A stretch of 63,857 bases of DNA, filler included, from Aduncisulcus paluster (taxonomy: Eukaryota): the NCBI GenBank assembly GCA_024181965.1. It is 6 parts of 6 records of this genome, joined end to end, with 100 filler letters (N's around TTAATTAATTAA, not from the genome) between each part and the next. Parts side by side here need not be neighbours in the genome. Positions count along the whole stretch, not along the records: positions 44,216 to 61,307 come from BQXS01010041.1; positions 61,408 to 63,857 come from BQXS01010098.1; 4 more parts are not named here. The stretch is one strand, 5' to 3'. Position numbers and translations under genes: made by a program. Numbering within the stretch: the stretch's first letter is position 1; each line of letters opens with the position of its first letter. This document shows, one piece after another, positions 56,658 to 63,857 of this stretch. The notes beneath the pieces are model-generated. The model saw nothing but the letters and a program-made list of their open reading frames with translations. It searched no databases and had not been told where the DNA came from.

Positions 56658-59600
56658 TTATGTCGAAGATATTTTTCTAACAACGGAAAGAACTTTGTGA
56701 ACACACATCATGTTGTACACTTGACACACAATACCGCAATAGAGTGGGGCAGGAGAGAAGAACAGGCTTTCCCATCCCCACATAAGGCCGAGAAGAGCAT
56801 TGTAGGTAAAGAAGAGCAAAAATGAGAATATAGCAACTGCAAGTGTTAGATTTTTCCCGAAATATAGATTTTTCCAAGCATTTAATTCAAAATCAAAATC
56901 TTTCTTATCCTCTCTCTCCTTCATCGATCCTTTCCCTTGTCTTGTCTCGACATCTTTCACTTCTTTTCTGAGGGAACTACTGGCAATTCGAGCATGTGAG
57001 GAAGGAGTTATGTCTGCAGGTGACACGACTGATTCTGATTCTTCGAGTGTTATCTTTTCTTTCCTCGAACCTCCCTCCCGTTGTGGATCAGCTCTTGCCG
57101 AATCTGTTTGGTATGGTCTTTTTATCAGTGCTTCCTTCGAGGAAGAGTGAGAAAGATTCTGATTATCTTTGGATACCGTTTTCATTTGTTTCTCTTTTCT
57201 AAGAATTATTTTCAAGGTATTATAGCCGATGAGTCCACCAGGACGATATGTTTTGAACCATTGAAGGGCATCTCGACCCTCGCAACACACTCTTCTTCCA
57301 TAGAAAGTGAGAACAATTGGCAAAACGATCGGGAATAAAATAATCATGATCATGGTATATGACACGGGATCCGGAATGAAATNNNNNNNNNNNNNNNNNN
57401 NNCTGTTTGGTATGGTCTTTTTATCAGTGCTTCCTTCGAGGAAGAGTGAGAAAGATTCTGATTATCTTTGGATACCGTTTTCATTTGTTTCTCTTTTCTA
57501 AGAATTATTTTCAAGGTATTATAGCCGATGAGTCCACCAGGACGATATGTTTTGAACCATTGAAGGGCATCTCGACCCTCGCAACACACTCTTCTTCCAT
57601 AGAAAGTGAGAACAATTGGCAAAACGATCGGGAATAAAATAATCATGATCATGGTATATGACACGGGATCCGGAATGAAATCATATCCTGCCGTCAAAAC
57701 ACCATAAATAAATACAATACAAAGAGAATCTCCAGCGAAATGACCAATGAATGGCGGAATAACGAGACAGAATAGAGCAAACAATTTGTAGAAAGTCAAA
57801 GTGTTTCTCCATCCAATTTGAGGTTTGTCAGTATCATATACAAAGGAGTTTCTAAAGAATCGGATTCGAGAGAGCGAATCTTTCATTTCTCTGACCTGAA
57901 TTTGTAAATTGTCTTTTGCTTCTCCGGAAGCTTGAGAGAGTTCCTCTGCTGTTTGAATTGTTTCAGGGTAGCCCATAACCCGTGTCTTGTGTAAAATCTC
58001 GAATACTCGCATCTCTTCTTGTTGTTTTATGGCTTCTCTCTCCCCGTCTTCGGATAGATCTTCTGTCTGGCTTGAAAGAACCAACTTGGAAGGACTTAGT
58101 GTATCTTCTCTCTCTCTTTCATCTTCCACGGCGTGTTTCCTATCTCTTCCTTCCTTTTCTGTCTTTTCTTTCTCTCTTTTACCCCCTGAAGAGAGTATTT
58201 GTTGATCACCAACGCTCGAGCGTTGGAGACGAGTAGAAGGAGGCTGAGTACCAGCGAAGGATGCTGAAGAAGAAAACAACGAACAAGATTGATCATGGAG
58301 TAAATATTGAGACGATCTATCTTTTTTAGACACAGGTGCAGTATCTTTTCCTGCCGCTTGGATGCCGTCCAACCATGCGAGACCTTTCTTCCTATTCTTC
58401 ACGAATGTATATTTTGTTGGTGTGAAAGGGAATAAAATAACGATGACGACCTGAATAAACCCACATATTGAAAGAGTCCGAAGCATCCAGACGTCAAGGG
58501 TATCAAGGCGAGCTGCATTACCGGGCTCAACATCGATCGATGTAAAAGAGATCGTATCTGTATCTTCTGCCAGGGAGGCCATATTCATACCCTCCAAAGT
58601 ACCAGTTCTTTGGGATATTCTGTACGGATTCTGATGTGTAAGGACAGCAGTCTGTGATTTTGAACCGAATATTGACGCCACTTCAACCAACAGAACAAGA
58701 AATTGTTCATCCTCACCCTTATCCTTGAAATACAGCTTAAATGATTCTCTTTCACGAATTTCCTCATAAGAATCTCGTGTAAGTCTCCCTTGCCATGATA
58801 CCCATTCACTGGGAGCAGTTTCATCATCGAATGGTACTTGAGACCATGACATCTGCTCACAATTCACAATTTCAGATGAAAAGTCAGAGCAATCATGCGA
58901 TAATACCACCATTTCATCGAGAGTAAAAGTATCTATCATGTTAGCTGCATCAAACACACATGCGGATTGCTTTCGACCACATGAAACAGGGAACACACGG
59001 ACTGTGACTGTTGGAGCTGGTGTCTCTGTCACTCCATTGGTTCGTTTAAGCATGTCAAATACCATGACACGCACATCCATCCACTCACGTGAAACAGAGC
59101 GCTCAGGGAATGCAACACGAGCATCAATTGGATTTGTGACAACAACGTGAGCTTGGGATGTGAATTCTGTTCGAAGGGGCTCCGAAATATTCGAGTTTGT
59201 AACATCAGTTGAAAAATTAGAGAGAAGGAAAGAAGATGACAAATGAGGATGAAGACACTTATCAAGTGGAATATCAAAGAACACAACTCTTCCTTCATCA
59301 AATATAAAGGGCCGCAAGAGATAATCTCCTCGCTTTGGAGAAGGGCATTGCAACTCTGGAACAGCTCTCTTTCCACTCAATCGATGGAACATCCCACTTT
59401 TATGGTCATGTCCACAGAGGTGCAGGGTGGAATATTTTCTTACAAATTCAAAGTAACTCTCTCCATTGGATGATTTTGAAGACAATGTCACATTCAAACA
59501 TTGATGCGAGACGGTGATAAGAGAAGTATAATTATTGTCAAGAGAACGAATATATTCCTCAAGGTGATCAAGCATCTGACGATTCACAACACCAACATAG

Positions 59601-60301
59601 TTAAACGGAATTGTAAGTCCAGGATCAATCACGATGTTGCTCACAAGGAAAATCAAACGTTCTTTGCCTTCTCCAATCTCCATGGCATAACTCTTATCAT
59701 CGATGAATCGAAGGATTGAATTCTCAAATGAAGCACCAGAAAGAACATTTGCGCTGAGTAAAGTCGGATACGCTTCTTTATATTGCATCACGGGACTTAC
59801 TTGAGCAAATATGTTATGTTCGGGTGCATGAGAGGCTAGATTGATGCAATCATGGTTTCCACTGATATCAATACAATGAATAGGAGACGCGATTCCATTT
59901 AATTCCAAGAATTGAGAATATATATCAAACTCCGCTTGGATTTGATGTCGAGTAAATAGATTAATCAAACCATCCGTGATATCACCAGAAAATAGGAACA
60001 ACGATGGATGAATGATATTATTTATATTCATGGTGCCCTGTAAAATATCATTATTGTAATGAGAATGCTTAATGCTCAAATGCATGTCTGTCTCTTGGAT
60101 AAACCAAAATGGAGATGCAAGAAATGTCGAAGTACCACTCTCTAATTTTGCAGTATTAAAAGGAACTATTGTTGTATCGGGAATAACTGTGGCAGGAGAT
60201 GAACGTGGGAGCAAATATGAGACCAAGTATGTGGTGAAAGGGATTAAAACAGGAAGGAGTAAAATTCCCAAAAAAAAGAATAAACGCCCAGTTGGCTTCA
60301 T
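56658..60301 (-). CDS. TMEM62-like calcineurin-like metallophosphoesterase membrane protein (single gene with an artefactual duplication at the N20 gap)
   Basis: Metallophosphoesterase motifs 'FWFIQETDMHLS', 'SGDITDG', 'GNHD', 'VSHQ' and 'LCGHDH'; one N-terminal and several C-terminal TM segments. ORFs 57350-60370 and 56658-57365 overlap through the duplicated 279 bp. Confidence 0.8.
57104..57681. repeat. 279-bp overlap duplicated on either side of an N20 gap (57104-57382 = 57403-57681)
   Basis: Identical copies abut the gap at 57383-57402. Confidence 0.9.
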
Positions 60302-60832
60302 AATTTCTTTTTCGAAGAAAATAAAAAATGAAGAAAATACGAATAAAAGAAAGCAAGAAACAAGGTTCACACGTCAGGATAGAATCATTAGAAGTGGTAA
60401 AATTAAGTTCAAATTCAATTAATACTTCAAATTTGCTTATTATTTCTTCCATAGTCAATTAGTTAACGGTTTAAATGAGAATTAAAGAAATTTGAGGCTA
60501 TCACAGCATTCATAAATATAATCAAATTCTTGTTATTTTAAAACAATTTTTATAAACATTATTGATAAAATTTAGCACTTTATATATGCCCCCTTCTGTG
60601 TGAATTGAGCCAAATGTGGTTTTCGAGTTTTCAGCCGCATCCACGGTTCCAATGCGACTCACAATATGCAAATATCTCACCCCATAACATTATCGTATTC
60701 TTCTATACATATTCCATGCCATATAAAACTTGTACAAGAACAGGGATAAAAAATCGCTTGTTTTGATCCGAAATACAACTTGCCTGAGTTTATTTCGTCT
60801 ATATCTAAGATAGTTTTCAATATATCATTATC

Positions 60833-61307
60833 ATGTTTTATTTCAATGAGTTCAGTAGTGAGAAGAAATCATGGCTCCGTTCCTTTTCAAACATCTTCGA
60901 TTTTACTCCCACTCAATCAATAATATACAAAATTTATTCCTTTCTCTGTATTATTCTAGTCCCTTTTCTCCAAAATATCTCGCTTATTATCTTCGTGTTC
61001 GAAGATGTTGTCGGGATTCGAACGTCTGAGACTTTCAGGCTGTTTACCTTTGGCATAAGCCCTCAATCCATTTCAGACGATGCATCGAGTGGTTCCGCGT
61101 GGCTTATGTTCATTATCCCGATTCTAGTGCTTTCTGTGTATCATCTTTTATTTCAATTGATAGTGAGATCCAATCACATTGAAATCCCCTCTTTAGTTCT
61201 TTCCATGAAGAACACTGCGTTTTATTTCCTTGGGTTGTTCCTGCACAATGTGTGTTTCATTCCGTTCATCATATGTCTATCCAGCCCATTGCGTCTGTTT
61301 TGTCAAT
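60833..61307 (+). CDS. Multi-pass membrane protein, N-terminal fragment (3' truncated)
   Basis: ATG-initiated ORF with about three hydrophobic helices, running into the linker. Confidence 0.6.
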
Positions 61308-61407
61308 NNNNNNNNNNNNNNNNNNNNNNNNNNNNNNNNNNNNNNNNNNNNTTAATTAATTAANNNNNNNNNNNNNNNNNNNNNNNNNNNNNNNNNNNNN
61401 NNNNNNN
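61308..61407. other. Artificial contig-join linker
   Basis: N44-TTAATTAATTAA-N44. Confidence 0.97.
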
Positions 61408-63857
61408 GCAACATTCAACTTGGCAAGAGGAAGATGCACAATGGATAAGAGATCGGAATCTACAAGACCCAGGGATGCAAGGCCTAAGGAGGAAATGGAA
61501 GAGAAACTCACAAGAATGGATGGATCAAACAATGAAGTCGTTTCTGCAACATCATCATACAACGACACACCATTCATTATCAGTTCCGTCAACGAAACGT
61601 TGGTAAAGTCAGCAGCAACAAGAAGAGCGCTAACATCAATAATGGATGTTTCGGCGAGATTGAGAGAGCTCAAGGAGGTGTATGTATCAGCACACTCGGA
61701 AGTGTCGGGAAGAGCAGACACAGAAGTGACAGAAGAGAGGGTCAGAGTGGAGAGTGAGTGAAGGGAGCAGATGAACGACAGATCAGAAAAGCCTTCAATG
61801 ACATTCCCACCAGCATCCACAGGAGCACCATACATGTTATGGGCAAGGGAAAGGGACTCAAGACCATGCAGAGCGCCCAATGGATCCGCACTCACAAAGT
61901 TGTGATATGCCAATGAAATGGATGTAAGAGAGCGGATATGTTCAATTCCATCAAGCAGGGTGAATCTATCAGAGTTGGAGAGAGCAAAACCATCATTCGA
62001 CAGAGTGGAAGTGGAAATGGTCCGCAACGAAGCAACACTGAAAAGGGAAGGATCATCTTCTGTTTCTTCTGTTCGATGTGAGTAATCGGGTTGTCCATCA
62101 GAATCAACAAACATATCGGCAACATATGCATGTAAGATCTCATCAACAATCACAGGATAGCAAGAAGAGGTGGATTGAGTCAATTCATCATCATATCGAC
62201 ATTCATATCCATACTCACACCCTCCAGAACATCCATACGTTACACCATCTGCGTTGAGTGGAGCTAGACACTCGAAGGTATCCACAGATGTGTATGATGC
62301 AATGCTATGGCTGGAACACACATAATGCCATGAACCAGATCCAGGTACAGTCTCACTGCACACAACATTGTCAGTGATCGGGGTATCGGTGTATCCAATT
62401 GCAGTGCTATCAGAGGAACATTCGCAGGATTGTGTTCCCAATTCAATACTCACAGATGATTGTGTGAATTTGGCAATTAAATCTGCAATTGAATTTGTTC
62501 CAAGACATATTTTGTTGTTTTTAATTGATATATTAACGAGATTGGGGAAATCATACAATGGAGATAGATCAGAAATGGAACAGCTTCTTAAGCTAATGTT
62601 GCTCAAAGAAAATAATCCCATCTTTGACAATGGAACAAGAGAGGAAATATCATGATTTAAGTTGAAGTTAAGATCAGTCAAAGTAGAAGAACTTTTTGAA
62701 AGATCTGGAATATTTTGCAAATTACAATTGCGCAAATACAACGACTCCAAATTCGTCATTTCGGAAATTACAGTATTAAATCCATCATAAATGGGATAAT
62801 TGGCGAACTGAAAGCCAGTAATTATCGCCAATTGGTCCTCTGACAACGATTCAATCGAGGTAATCAAATTATCCTCACCTTCAAACTGTAAATATTCAAG
62901 AGATGACAAGTAATTATAACCAACATTCTTATCAAAACCAGCTTGAGCGGTAGGAGTACGAACTATTCTCAATTCTTTAATTGTAGAAGGAAGAGCATAC
63001 CGATCTGAAGGAAGAGATAATGGCATATTTTGGAGAAATAATGTTTCAAGGGAAGAAAGACCTGTGAAATCAGGCAAATCAAACGGGTCCACCAGATCAG
63101 CAAGAGTGCTGTCAGTCAGGAAGAGATAATTGAGATTAGAAAGTGTTGATAGGGGTTCAAGATCTTTCGTTTCAGAGATATAAAGATGATAAAATTGCAT
63201 TTTTGTAATGAATCCAACATGTTCAATACCAGAAAAACTACTCACTAAATCTTCAAGATAATTAGTATTAATTTCTGGGCTGACATTTCCATCTTCATCT
63301 TCTACAGATATTATAGTCTTCAAGGAAGCAACACTGAATGTTTGATCTGTTGTATCACAATGTAAGTCGGATCCTCCAAATAGACTATAGATAACATCGT
63401 GTAGGATATCATCAACTATCACTTGCTGACACAATGTTGAATTTAAATCTGAGTCATATCTGCACTCTTGCCCATACTCACACCCTCCAGAACATCCAAA
63501 TGTACCATCGTTATTACCTGGGGAAATGCATGTAAAGTCTCAGCAGATGTGTATGACGTGTATGAATTACTGGCACACACAACATACCATACACCAGACC
63601 CAGGAAGAGTCTCAGCACAGACCTTGTTGGAAGCGATCGGAGTGCATGAGGAATCAGAGGTATATGCGATCGAAGAACAACCAGTAGAGTCGCACGTTTG
63701 ATCAGTTGCAAGATCAGAACCAAGATCAAGGCTGAACCCAGCCTCTCCATAATTGTGGAACTTACTACCAAGATCTTCGGTGGACTCAGAACCCATGCAG
63801 AGGTTGTTGCCAACAACAGAGATGGTCAGCAGGTTCGGCAAGGAATACAATGGGGAA
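61408..63857 (-). CDS. Large internalin-like LRR / Cys-rich repeat protein, internal fragment with a 1-nt frameshift near 63538
   Basis: LRRs (LSTLSNLNYLFLTD, MTNLESLYLRNCNL, SISDLSPLYDFPNL) alternate with a Cys-rich module ending GCSGGCEYG.ECRYD. Restoring one base at 'GAG ACT TTA' joins ORF 63443-63850 to 61356-63434. Confidence 0.8.

Noticed and set aside
56658..57365. Separate 235-aa membrane protein gene
   Set aside because: It is the C-terminus of the TMEM62-like gene, split by the 279-bp overlap artefact.

Overview
This is AT-rich, gene-dense, intron-poor eukaryotic (protist) draft-genome sequence, not prokaryotic. Evidence: a spliced Rab11, CPSF1, kinesin, calpain and UBXN11-like genes, GTATGT...TAG spliceosomal introns, and a Pol III tRNA-Ser(AGA) followed by an oligo-T terminator. 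The lineage-specific kinase and LRR/Cys-rich families resemble those of free-living fornicates (Carpediemonas-like organisms such as Aduncisulcus); this is recalled pattern recognition, not a database result. The window is six pieces joined by five artificial N44-TTAATTAATTAA-N44 linkers, plus three N20 gaps with duplicated flanks, so adjacency across linkers is not evidence of synteny. About 24 protein-coding genes or fragments and one tRNA are supported. Highlights: four introns read by eye, one at the same codon position and phase as intron 1 of human RAB11A; a ~2300-aa CPSF1 broken by two +1 frameshifts in GAA runs (probably assembly error, testable); a kinase with a duplicated uncharacterised N-terminal module; an LRR/Cys-rich modular protein; and a bacterial-type flavodoxin-2 NAD(P)H:quinone reductase (LGT candidate). 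I found no CRISPR array, no mobile element and no clearly new multi-gene system.
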